From assembly GCA_038496445.1 (NCBI GenBank), contig JALMLS010000322.1, positions 310,001-374,000 on the forward strand: 64,000 bases of DNA, read 5' to 3'. Positions 13,401 to 25,941 of the stretch are shown here, piece by piece (the stretch's first letter is position 1; every line of letters begins with the position of its first letter). This DNA is from Trichosphaerium sp. ATCC 40318. Taxonomy: Eukaryota; Protista; Tubulinea. A program made the position numbers and the translations under genes. The notes beneath the pieces are model-generated. The model searched no databases and was not told where the DNA came from. It saw only the letters and a program-made list of their open reading frames with translations.

Positions 13401-16215
13401 TTTTGTTCTTCAAATGCAGTACCAAGTTCATCTTGTTTAGCAAGGAGAGCTTCATGATCAGCTTCAAATTCAGCTTTCTGCTTCAATACAGCTTCTTTAA
13501 CTTCTTCTGCTTTAGCATCAACTTTTTCTTGGTCTTGTAAGACTGCAGCTTCTTTCTCCGATACTTCAATCCTACAATGGTATTAGACGAATAGTACTGT
13601 ACTAAAAAAGTATGTTATACTTTTTCTGTTCCAAGTCTTCCTTGTCTGCAATAACAGCAAGTTTCTCGACCTTCAAAGCATCTTCTGAATCTTTCAAATC
13701 TTTTGATACAGATTCGAGAGTTTCTTGATCTTTCTGTAAAGTATCACGTTTGTCAGCTAAAAGTACACTTAGAAATCACGTGATAAGAATCAGTATGTGG
13801 GTTTTTTTACCTATCTCCTTTAGGGTTGCCTCGTTTTCACTGTGACGTCTTACTATTTCTTCTTGGTCTTCATCAACCTTTTGTCGTGATAGCTCTACTT
13901 CTTGCTCTTTTTTATTAAGTTCTTGAGTGAAACGAGCCTTTTCAGCGTCAAGTGCTTCTTGTAGTTTCTTCATTTTAGCTGCCTACAGTACACTAGTTTA
14001 GCAATATAACTAACACTGAAACGAACCTGTTCACTGGCGAATTGCTCTTTTTCTGCTAACAAAGTATTCTTTGCTTCTTCAAGTTCTTTGGCTGCTTCAT
14101 CGAGTTTTCTCTGATGTTCTTTTTCCATCTCTTCTTGTTTTGCACGTAAGGATTGTTTAGATTCTTCGAGCTCCTTAGCAGCTGCATCAAGTTTTTGTTG
14201 ATGCTCTTGACGCAGAGATTCTTTAAAGGCTTCAATTGCATCTTTTTCAGCCCTTTTTAGGAAGCAATTAATAAAAAATTGAACGTGTCAAAAGTATTTC
14301 CATACTGAATTTTGGCTTCAGCTTCAGCTGCTAGTGTCGCCTTATGTTTCGCAAGTATTGCCTCGTTTTCAATACGAAGCTCTTCTCTTAATCTCTCAGT
14401 CTCGGCAACCATTTGACTTGTGTCATTTACATCCTTAGACAAGAAGATAAGCACTTATTTTGAAGGTACAAGAATAATTTTGCTTACTGGTTTTGCTTGC
14501 TCGTTAAAGATTTGTTCGTTTTGTTTTTGATCAAGCCATATCTGCCTAGAGTTTTCTAGATCCTTTTTATCCTTATCCAACTAAAATAATACAAGTCTTA
14601 GAAGAGAAACTCAAAGAAGAAACAAAAACCAACAGGCTTACTTTTTCTCGCATTTTTTTTATCTTCTCTTGCTCTTGCATGAGCTCTTTGAGTTTTCTTT
14701 GGACCTCTGCTTGAGATTCCTCTTCAGCCAAAATATTAGCAACTTCTTTTTCTCTATTACTGGTAACAGGAGCCACCACAGGAGCAACTGCTGACTAGTA
14801 AGGAAAACACGAATAAAAATATATAGAAAAAACTTACCAACAGGATCTTTTTGTGCCACTGGTGTTGAAACTGGTTCTATTAATGCATCCTTCTCAGGGG
14901 CCATAGCAGCAGTATTTCCGAACACTCTTGGGGATTTTATAGGTGATGTGTCTATTTTCTCAGTCGAAATTGGCTTTTCTTCGACAGGTTTCTTTTTCTT
15001 TGGCGGAGAAGTGCTATTCGTTTTGCGAAGTTTCGCCAACTGTGCTTTTGGATCGAAGCCACCAAACATGCCAGGCATTTTAACAGCACCTGCGACGCGT
15101 CTTGGTGGAGCACTTGAGCTCAATGGTGCAGACTTAAAGCCATATTAAAAACAATAAAAATTATTGTAAGACTGCACCTGAGCACGAGACATAACTGGTT
15201 GCGATTTTCCAGCAGCAGCGCTGTCAGGCTTTGTTTCAATATTATCAAATAAATGTCTTGAAGACGGGCGACGTTGTCCTTACGCATAGAGTTAAAAAGT
15301 ACCAACAGTACACGTGTCAAATAATCTTTTTTGCAAAAAAATACAGAAAAAGTTCTTACAAAACTAAGAACTGCAAAGTCGTTTTAGAAATAGCTTGTTT
15401 GCGAGAACATACCTTTACGCCTTGGTCGTGACCGTGTTACATTAGATAACCGATTAGCAGTTGACTGAGGTAAACCTCCTGACCACGTGTTCCTTTTTTC
15501 ATCACGCGCAGTTACTTTTTTAATACTCTTAGCACCTAATCCTTCTCTGGCCAATAAACCAGCAAGGCTAGATGAGAAGTTGCCATCACTTTTTGTTCGT
15601 CGATGAGTGGAGAAGAATTTTCTCAAGCTAGCGAAATAATGTTACATTTGGACGTCACGAGGGATGGTTTTTTTATGAACCACATAGCACGTGAGAGAGT
15701 AAAAACAGAGGCAAATTGAGCTTTTTATTTTCGAAATAGCGAAAAGTTTTTTTGACATTTATGGTCGTACGTGATGAGCTGAACGATAATAGATCTTTTT
15801 TCTGGGTATTCAGCAATATCTTCCGCCTCTAGAAGTGGTTCAATCCCAATTTCTGCTAATGTTGTAAACGCAAGTTCCAGGTTGCCTAGATGCAAGTTAA
15901 CAAGGATGTTTTATGCGTTTTATGTGTACTTTGCCCATTTTCAGGTGCTAAAGCTTTAATATCGAGTTTGTCAGGATAGTGATGTGCCACGAGAGCGCAA
16001 AACGCGAGGCTAGATGTATTAAGCGTTTTTGTAAATCAGAATTTTCGTACCCGTTTTGCCATGATGATGTAAAGTTTGTTACCTGACGTAAAGTTACGTA
16101 TATTTATGATTGCAAAACGTCGTACATGAACACCATCATACCGATTACATATTTGTTTACACCACGCCAACAACTCGGCCATTGCCTCCTTTGGGGAGGA
16201 GTTAGAGCGTCTCAT
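10464..16215 (-). CDS. Large cytoskeletal scaffold: calponin-homology domain, CPI motif, WH2-like motif, long coiled coil, filamin repeat, Pro/Lys-rich region, acidic FD motifs
   Basis: ELLAWCKQICNRYDGV...LAFCALVAHHYPD...NLELAF (MICAL/EHBP1-type CH). LSNVTRSRPRRKGQRRP (CPI). GFDPKAQLAKLRKT. E/K/A heptads. DNEDGTFDMEFTPTEHGTYYVHVTV (filamin). FDSDDD twice, and LWDDDLEF*. Confidence 0.8.
11615..11970 (-). repeat. 18-bp-unit coding tandem repeat (AEEARL/AEAARV/AEEARQ)
   Basis: About 19 degenerate 6-aa units visible in ORF 11374..12330. Confidence 0.85.
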
Positions 16216-16477
16216 ACTGGACGCATCAAAAGTAAACGAAATTGAAAACAATTGACAACTTAAACTAAATTTATTTGGAAGCTAGCAAATACAGATCGCC
16301 ACTACAACGCGTAAAGTATGCCTCAGAGTATTCAATTTATTATGTGTCACTTTTGTAATTTTTCGCAAGTTAGTGCCACTGATGCACTGCTTGGTACGTA
16401 GGTTTAGTGTAGCGTAGCTAGGCGGCACCAAATTAGCCTTGCTTAAAATGTATAAGTCATAAAACCATTTGAACGCA

Positions 16478-17225
16478 ATGACCACCATTATCAAAGGTGT
16501 GCGCGCTTTCAAACCACCTCCACACCTGAGCGGTGCTGTAGCAGTAGTATTGCAGCGTGGGCACTCATTTACCGTTGGAAGACGCGGTTGGGCTGAACGA
16601 CACGGTAGAATACGCTTCCAGCAGAAAAAAGACGGTACTTTTGTCCCACCAGCCAGAAAGGACCCAACACAAGCTCCTGTAAAGATAAAGAAGTTCCAGA
16701 GACCTAACGCACCAGGTTTAAAGAACAAACTCAAGAGGTAAATCCATTTTCGCTTGCAAGTCATTGAAATACGCTTAGATATGATACTGCTGTACAAACG
16801 CTTAAAACTACAGGTGTTATTACAACAAAGAAATTAAAAGTTTCGCAGGTGCGTATTTGAGCTCATTTACGCTTCAATTCATCATATTGTAGCAAAAAGA
16901 AGATGCTAAGCATGTATACGGTGGTACTATGTGGTTCTACGATCAAGACAAATACATGTATAATCCATTCGAGAAATTAAAACAAGAAGAGCACCAACGC
17001 AAATTTTCGCTATACGGACAAGTACGCCAACAAAACAATTTCACAAAAAACCTTCCAGAGAGTCGCTAACTTGCCTCGTTTTAGACTCTGATTGCTCGAG
17101 AGGCTATTGATAGACACAACGGTATCGTTACACCTAAGCCATGGGAAAAACCTGCAACCAAGCAAAAAGGCAAGAAACAAAAGAAGCAAAAGAAACCTAA
17201 ACAACCAAAGCAACAAAAACCATAA
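16478..17225 (+). CDS. Basic hypothetical protein, possibly mitochondrial, 4 exons
   Basis: Three GT-AG introns give a continuous frame MTTIIKGVRAFK...KLKR|YDTAVQ...VSQ|QKEDAK...YGQ|TLIAREAID...KQQKP*. Head-to-head with the CH-domain gene (about 260 bp apart). Confidence 0.6.
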
Positions 17226-17453
17226 AAAAGTTGCTGATGATACACCTATCACTATTTTAACGCGTTGAAATCGTTCAACAAGGAGTTATGTACAAAAAAA
17301 AATAAAACCGACATTCAAAGTGCGTTGGCATCCATACGTCCTACTTCATGAGAGTACATTATGGCAGGGTGCACGAATTTACTACATTTACACGACTTGA
17401 AGGGATAGATATGGAAACAAAGTTGGCTTTAGGAGTGAAATCTGGTTGTTTTT

Positions 17454-19141
17454 TTATTCAATCGCAATTGTTGATGATTTCATTTTAGAAGCATGGCTTG
17501 ACAGCACAGGACATGTTTTTGGATCACCTGGCGGCTTTGGACCAGATGTACTTTCTGGGCAGTATACAGCATATCCATCGTAGTTCGGTACCCATCCGTT
17601 GTTGCCTCCGCCGTCTGATTTGCCTGAAATCATCCAGAAGTTGTCACCTATTAATTATTTTATGCATGTGATGATCATATGTCACTTACCGTTCATGCCA
17701 GAAGAATACACAGCATCAGTCCATGTAGTATATACTTGGTCTTGGTTATTCTTATAGCCATACTCGCCAAGGACGACTGGCTTTCCTAACAAGAAAATAA
17801 GCTGGTTTTTTTTAAAGACTAAAGCTGTTGTTGCTTACCAATAATATTGTGAGCCATGTGCGTGTGATTTTTAATATAATCAGTTGCCCAATCAACGTTC
17901 TTACCCCACTGATCAGGGTATCTTCAATGAAATTAATATAAGAGATAAAGCTACGAAGCAAACTAATTACGTACAAGTGAAGACTCATATAATCAATATT
18001 TTTCGTTTGTGTGAATTTCATCGAATCAACACCATAGTAGCAATCACAAGTTACGTCTGGACATGTCTGGTAACGTTCACATAGGAAACCTTCATCTCCA
18101 GTTGCGACCATGTGGTTCTTGTCTACTGACTTGATGTAGGTACTCATTGCCTGCAATAAGAATTAAATGGGAAACGTAATCGGCGTTGAAAGCTTCGTAC
18201 ATCAACCCATCCTAATATCTTCCATGCTGAAGGATCTTTCCCATATACAGCGTAGTTAAGCGTACAATTATTCGAAGTTGGGAAACTTCCTGTTCCTTGA
18301 CATCGAGGTTCGTTCGCAAGTTCCCAAGCAAAGATTGTTGGATCATTCATATATTGTACACCAGAAATTGTGTTTTTTCTGGTAGCCAAGTGTTTGAAGT
18401 AGTCCTGATACCATTGGCGAATAGTAGAATCTTGATAGAAATCATCGTGGTACCCTTAAAGTTTACCAGTTAATCACAAACCGAAAACGCGATTTGCTAA
18501 CCTGAGAAGCTCGAATCCTGCCATTTGCGCCATTGAACATATTGATCCATTCCTCCAAAATCAGACCAATTATTTGTCAATGTAAGGAGTACACGTAAGC
18601 CCAAAGAACCTGCCTTGGCTATAGCGTAATCCAGGTTGATTAGGTTGGTGTCATTATACGCTGGTTGCTCTAAAACAGTTTAACCAAAACAGAAGAAAAA
18701 GAGTAAAAAAAGGATAAGTAAGGTGGAATGTTTGCTGAAGTGTCATTCTATTTACTTACTGTTCACATCGTCCCAATACTGAAAATAATATCCGTCCTTG
18801 ATAGGGCCATTATGGTCAACACTTCCAGAACCATCTTGGTGACCAATGTCAATAAAACCCCACATTCGTATGACTTGAAAGTTTTCCCTGTCACGTGCGT
18901 TAATAGTGTAATGTAGGAAGTTTTAAAGTTAAATGCACCTCGCGGCAGTAGTTAATACGTCATCTACCATAAAATGATCCGAATACTCAAGGTAGTAGCA
19001 GTTAGTGCCAGCAAAACGAAATTTATCGCCATTTACTACAAAATCGGTACCAACAGCTTTTACAAAGCCTGTAGTTTGTGCAGCTTTTATAAATACAAGC
19101 GATGATATCAAACAAACTATGAGGAGGTTCTTGCTTCGCAT
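17454..19141 (-). CDS. Secreted glycoside hydrolase family 5 endo-beta-1,4-mannanase (GH5_7-like)
   Basis: Signal peptide; FRFAGTNCYYL; NNWSDFGGMDQYVQW; DPTIFAWELANEPRC (acid/base Glu); HMVATGDEGF; IDYMSLHLY; KPVVLGEYG (nucleophile Glu). Confidence 0.92.
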
Positions 19142-19754
19142 TTCTTTATCTCAATCAAAATGAGATGTACAAAAAAGGAGACAATTTTCATGCCTTAGCC
19201 AGATGTGGATATTGATGCGCAAGAATGTCCTAAAAGCAAATCGCTATGTTTAGCTTCAGAGCCTGGTGTACACTGAAAATGTACAACAATTGGTTATATA
19301 AATGTGAATAGTGATGAGGAATGACCCTTAAAAACTGGACTGCATGCGATGGAAAATCATTCTTAAACAGGTAATGTTCATATCCACAGTACGTTGGACA
19401 GATCTTCTAGGTTGTCCAACTTTTGACAAACTGTCAGTCCCTTCTCAGAGTCACATGCTGGAGATTGCGTAATCCGGTGAACAGGACGCACAGTCGGATT
19501 GGAAAGACCCCGTTTGACGTACCAAAAAAACTCCAACTAAAGCCGGAACACATCTGTTGATCGCATTATAACGCACTGGAATAAAGTAGAGTACATTTTT
19601 TGTACGCTCGTTTAAAGTACATTAAGTTTGACCTAAAACGGCGAGTTTTTTTCCTGTTTTTTTATTCTTTTTCTATTTCATGACACGTGAAAAACCTTTG
19701 TGAGGCGAACTCTTTTGTTTCCTCGTTATTTCTTTTGTCCTTGCCCATATGTTG

Positions 19755-20250
19755 CCGTAGATGATGATGGTCTTAAATTTCTCGCTGGTGTTCATACTTT
19801 ATAGTTGTACAATGCAAAACGTGTTACAGATGAAGGTATCAAATCTTTAGTACAATAGATCTATCGCGCACGTTTGTAACTGATGATGGTATCGCAATAG
19901 AAGGTGTTCACTCTATTACGTTGGATCACACGTGTTACCGATAGAGGCCTTGAATCACTTAAGTCAGCAAATACTGTAAGTCCAGTTTGAAGGTTATAAT
20001 CAATACAGGTGTACCTCTTTTTTCTACTACTGACGAAACTTTATTTCTCATCCAATTTAGGTATCTCTCGCTGGTAATAATGCTATTACAGATAAAGGAG
20101 TACGTCACCTCCGTAGTACATCATCTGTATCTTCAAACAAATTATCACATTACAGATGATAGTATTAAAAGGCTGACAAACCTTCGTTCTCTCACTCGAG
20201 AATATTCCAGGTGTAACAGTGATGCTTGTGTAGCATTTTTACCTTAACTA
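19755..20250 (+). pseudogene. Decayed LRR relic of the F-box/LRR family
   Basis: DDDGLKFLAGVHTL*LYNAKRVTDEGIKSL, then frameshifted TIDLSRTFVTDDGI...GVHSITLD. Contains stops and frameshifts, and has no N-terminal domain. Confidence 0.7.
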
Positions 20251-20745
20251 TAAACGGTTTTATGCGGTATGGTATTTCTACTGATCTTGTTAAAAAGATG
20301 TTATCCTGTCTGCCTTTAAAGGTAATGTAGTGAAAAACTAGTGTAACGCTCTGTACGAAACATGTACCTTAATAAATAGTTACCTATCAAACCAATGTAC
20401 CCTTACAAAAAGAAGAGAAGAATAAACTTATCCTGAATAATGATGCGGACACTTCAAGAGTTGACTCAGTCAATATCCTCCTTTTCAAATACATCTACAA
20501 GTCTTACATGCAGATAAATATACTCGCTGTTGCTTAGCTAGAGCCATTAAAGACTGAAGGCCTTCCTCTAAAGATCTCCGTTCTTTTGGAGGCATTTTGT
20601 ACTACATTTTTGCAGAAAACAGCACACATTTTTTGTCAATCGTGGTCTAATCAATTTCGCGAAAGTAGTAAAACCCTTTAAGTTTTAATGGGTATTCACT
20701 TAATCGGTCAATAATCAGGCCGCCATACCCCACCCGACAACTCTT

Positions 20746-23700
20746 ATGGAACCTCATTCGCGAGATGTATGCCATAAAGCCAAGAGAAAGTGCAGGTATA
20801 TTTAGCAAGCGTCTCGATTAAAAATATCACGTGATAAACACACTGCTTGTTTTTTGACTGCCATCCTTAGAGATATCCCTTTCGCTGTAATATTCCTGAT
20901 TTTGGTGATTGCTGTAGCAGTGTCAGGTATACTAGGTCTTAGAGATCTCACAAGCACGTCTATATGCGGTTTTATAGTACGCAATACTCTCACTGATTGT
21001 TTTTCTTTTCTTTTTTTTACCACCAATTTCTACAGTCGCTTCTTTGGGTTTACCGTTTTGCCTTTTTGCAGGGTTTTAATTTTATCGTGCCCGAAACCCA
21101 CAAATAAGTTATTTTAAAGCTATGTTCGCCATTATAAACACGAAAACAGTTTATGGTATTGATTAACAGTAATTGTTAAGGAGTCCAGCAAAAAGGGAGC
21201 GATAGAAAGTGATGAACCAGAAGCAACTAAATCTATCTATGCAGGATGCTTGACGTTTGTTATTCGAGGAGACCCAGATGCTAGAGAAAAATGTATTGCA
21301 TACGGTCTGGAAACACTAGGATTTGGTGGTAGTAATAACGTGAAAAGACAAATATGCACGTGCTTTTTACATCCAAAACAACTCTTCGGCAGTGATTTAG
21401 TTTCAGTTTAATTTTTACCCTAGCTGTACCTCCTGCTCTTTCTGAGGCTTTAGATATGTGCGTTAAGAACAAGGGTAATGAATCAGCTCTATCAACATGC
21501 GCAAATTATGTTCTATCAAAAGTGCTATCAAATCAAACAGATATATCACTCATTGTCGATACTTGCCTCCTTCCTGCCATCCAAAAGTGAGTGTTTACGT
21601 TCAAGCTAAATCGTTTTTAACAACCCTTTTAAGGTCTTCTACAGCTGCCCAAAGTTGTTCTATATTCGTTGTGAACGAACTCTCCATTGATGCTGTTGAA
21701 CCTTACAGGAAATGTTTGGAAGACAACCAAAATGATCCAGGTACTTTAAATAGCTGTGGTGTATCAGTTATTAACAATCTATAGAAATGCTCTTAGAATG
21801 TGTTAGTACAAACATTGGCCCAATACTAGGCCAGAACATTACGGATAACTTCGTAAAAGATTGTGTCAATGACTTTGTTAAAAAGACACCTCTTGCAGCC
21901 AGTAAATGTCTTCAATTTGGTGTAGCGAAGCTCACAGGTGGTGACCCAGGTGCTAATAACTACAGATCATTTAACGCCATTAACCATTTTTCTTAAGAGG
22001 TGTATGACAAGTGTCTTTCAAAACTTGTGATGAATGGAGCAGCAGGCATTCCTAATTGTGTTGACTTTACTTTATCTAAAATTTTACCTGGCGGAGTGCG
22101 TTTTTTTCTCTTTTTTTTTGTTGATATTAACAAGTTTGATAGGCTGCAGAGGTATATGATTTATTTATTGGTGGGTTGAAAGGATTGATGAGTGGTGATA
22201 CGATTGATACTTTGGTACAGTCTTGTTTCGCTGATGCTTTCACGCTCGCAACGAGAGGGCAAATTGACTTGAATAACTGCTTGTTTAAAGGTACATCCTA
22301 TAATCATAAATGAGAAAAAAACTGACAGCTCCGACTAACGCGCAACTTAGGTCTTGGAGCAGAATTTTGTCAAGATTTGGAGGCTGCAGGGAAGGAACAG
22401 TTCAGACAGGTATGGCGTAGAAGATAGGAAAACTACGGAGTACTTGCTCAATAGTAGAATTGTTGTCCACTAGTTTGGTTTTCGACTAAGTGTTGACAGT
22501 TTTGTTTAGTACTTTAAACGATGGAATGATTGGATTTGGTTGTATAAGTGGGAGTTTGTTCAGATGGGCCTGTGGCTTATTTTAGGAGGACTTATTATAG
22601 CCACATTATGGCTATTGATTATATCAGAGTTTGCACGTGCCATCATAAAAGTAAGTTAACAAAAACTTATGTTCAGACTTGGTGTAGCTAACGTTCCTGT
22701 TAAGATTACGCTGACACTAACTATTATAAACCTGCTGTTTCTGACTGCTGCTAATTTCGCTATTGGCAATATACCAGGAGGTGTATTGATAGCGTTGTAT
22801 ATTGTGTGGAAGCTTATCTGGTATTGTATTGTTAGAAATCAGATCAAGTTTGTTGCGATGATTCTACAAGTTGCAGTAAAAAGGTACTTCAACTTTACTT
22901 CCTTTTAAGACTTGTTGTCACACGTGATTAATTCGAGCTAGTATTAAGAATAATATTGGAAGTGTCTTTTTAGTATTCTTTGCTTTACTATGGCAAGCTC
23001 TTTGGATTTGTTTGTTCTTTGGTGCGTTCTTCAAACTAAAGACAACAAAGAACCCCCTCGGATTCCTCGGCGAGATTATTTTATTGTTTATTTTCTACTG
23101 GACTTTTGAAGGTATGTACATTGTTGGGTGTAGCTCGCTGTAAGCTAACGAGTATTTTAGTATTTCAGAACATAGTTACAGTAACAATATCAGGCGCTGT
23201 TAGTAGCTGGTACGGGAAGACAGTATTTAGAGTATTGTCTAACGGGATGAAGGTATTTCTTTCATAAAACAGATGAGAAACAGCCTTTACCAACTTTTAC
23301 TGCTTTAAAAAATGCTCTCACATATTCTTTTGGATCTATATGCTTCGGATCACTCATTGTGGCTCTCCTAAGGGTAACTACAAAACCCTTTTCATATGCT
23401 AATAAGTTCATCTTTTTCTTTATTAGATTTTTATGTATTGGTTTAAAAAGGCACAAAACACAAAGCAAATCTGGTTCAAAGCTATTATTATGTGTTTCTT
23501 AAGATGCCTTAAAGATATTCTAAGAACATTTAATAAGTACGCCTTCGTACAGGTATGTAATTCGCGTTTTATTCTTCACGTGTTAATCAAAACTTTTTAG
23601 GTTGCTATTTATGGTATTCTGTTTACTAGATAATTTGTGTTTGTTGACAATTGCTGTAGGAAAGAGTTACCTCGTATCAGCTAAAAACACAGCAAAATTA

Positions 23701-24351
23701 GTAAAAGATTATGGCTTCAAAGCTATAGTAACTGACGACTTACTTGACGATGTGCTTGAGTACAATACAAAAACGTACAAAGTATCTAATACTGATGTTG
23801 TTCTAGCACTGGTCTCTTTTGGGGAGCTTTTGCATTGGCAGGATTGTCTGGTATTTTAGGTAAATGGGCTTATGATCTTCCTACTAGCTTGGTACACAGC
23901 CACGAATAAAACCATTAGAGTTCTTAACTTTTCTACCTAGGTTATTATGTGGTTCTTTATTGGTTTTGTATTTGGTTATGTTATTTTGATAATGGTTTCT
24001 ACTTTTTTGGATATAGCTGCAGCAACGTTAGTTGTCGGATTTGCGATAGCTCCAGAAATTATGGAAAAGTAAGACCAAACTGTTGTGAACTTTTTTTTGA
24101 GCATTGTTTGTTTTTTACATTTCACGTGATTACTTCTTTTTGATGACTTATTAATTCAATGTAGGAGACATAAGAAAGCTCATAAGGTTATTGCAAAAGC
24201 ATGGAAGAAGAGATATAAGAAATCTAAGTTACCTACTTCCTTAAAACAAGATGTTGAAGAGGGCGACGATAGTGACAACGAAAGTGATGGCAAAATAGAT
24301 ACTCTACAGAAGAACGACGAGATCGTTGATAAAACAAAATCGGCGGAGTGA
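20746..24351 (+). CDS. Choline transporter-like protein (CTL/SLC44/PNS1 family), many exons, long Cys-rich ectodomain
   Basis: KRKCR|DIPFAVIFL N-terminal motif. Also RNQIKFVAMILQVA, VTISGAVSSW, SFGSICFGSLIVA and FNKYAFVQVAIY|GKSYLVSAK, which are family hallmarks. Confidence 0.85.
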
Positions 24352-24842
24352 TCAATAAGTGTAACGAATGTGTTGCCAATAAAAGATGAAAACTAAGTAC
24401 AGGTTTAACAACATAACATCTCTAGTCACACGCCACAAATGACAGGAAACGCGATATCGGCTTTTTGCCACGAAACGGACGTTTAAGGATCTAAGTGTTT
24501 TTTGTAGTCCGAACAAAAGCTAAGATTGTGAATTATTTATGTTGTCCGAGACTGTGTTACAAATTTTTACATTCTAACGTTACTAGTAAACATCTATTTT
24601 AGAACTCTTACATAATATTTTGCTAATTTATTAATTAATAAATATCCTGCTACAAGTTGTTTATTGTTACTTGTGTTTTGCTGCCTGTAGCCAAAGTAGT
24701 AATAGTGAATTGGTAGTATTTGTCGTTTGAGTCCACGTGTCAGGTCATCATAGAAATGCCAATGCACACATGTGTCATCTACTCATAGAAAGACTGCTTT
24801 GAATGGTTTTCAACTATTATTTTGATTAAAACAATACAAAGA

Positions 24843-25591
24843 ATGCACCTCATACTTGTACTTTTGTTGGTTATTTTGACAGCACTTCCAATGGCCGCTC
24901 AAGTTCGTACGTATTTGTTTTTAATAATAATAAGTTTCAACCCTAAATACTGCATTACAGAAGAAGGCGCTGGCGGTAGTTGCCAACTCACCAGACCTGG
25001 TCAACAATTGTTTCAGAGCGACACCACGGGCCCCAACTATCCACGCTTCGTAGTACTTGATGCTGATTCGCCAGTGGGCTATGCTACTCCTGTTGAGTAT
25101 ACTTGGATAGAACCAGGGCAAAATAGGATCTTTACTGTTGACATTGATACTACAGGCATTACCGTTAGAATTGTTTCTGAAAACCCCGGTGCTTTTATTA
25201 TAGCTACAACATTATCATGTACTTTTGACAGTCCAGGCGTAGACGGTACAATAATCACGTGTTTAACAAAAGGATTATACAATGCTTAACTCTATTATTC
25301 CCTAGGATCAACAGTTACGTCTCCAAACGATGGTAGCGTATCCATTAATTTCTCTTTTCCGCTTCCAAACACAGTTAGGTACACGTTTGAGAATTTTTAG
25401 CGAATGAGCAGTGTACATGCATTGTTTTTGTTGCCTAATATGTTTTTTATTCTAGGGTGAACTTACCTACTCTTACTGGTGTTCCAATCTTTGAAGCTGT
25501 AATAAGTTTTCCACCAGACCCAACTGCATGTAGGCCGGTTCAACGTAGTAGTGTATCAAAGCGTAGTGCATTGTTCCAAGGCCATAAGTAA
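24843..25591 (+). CDS. Secreted hypothetical protein, paralogue A (4 exons)
   Basis: Signal peptide MHLILVLLLVILTALPMAAQ. FVVLDADSP...VEYTWIE...FTVDIDTTGI and ACRPVQRSS are shared with the gene at 50434-51217. Confidence 0.75.
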
Positions 25592-25941
25592 TAAAACAAG
25601 TTTTGTTTTGGATAGTTTTCTCCTCAAAAAGTAAGAAAAAATTAATGTATCGAAGGCAGTACTGTTTATATATCTCTATAAAATACTAAATATATAAAAA
25701 TTCCGAGGGAGTTAAAACAACGATTCCATACTTGAACATGACCCGAGAACTGGATTAACATTTATCCCATTTTTGGTAATTTCATGACGTTTTATTTACC
25801 TCTAGCACCTGTCACAAAATATGAGGTATGGAAATGACTAATGGTACATTACGTTGTGGATAGATTTCAAGCAAAAATAAGAGGTAGTTGTGACACTTGG
25901 TAACTGTAAGTTATTATTTACAAGGCTGAAAAGTCCAGACT

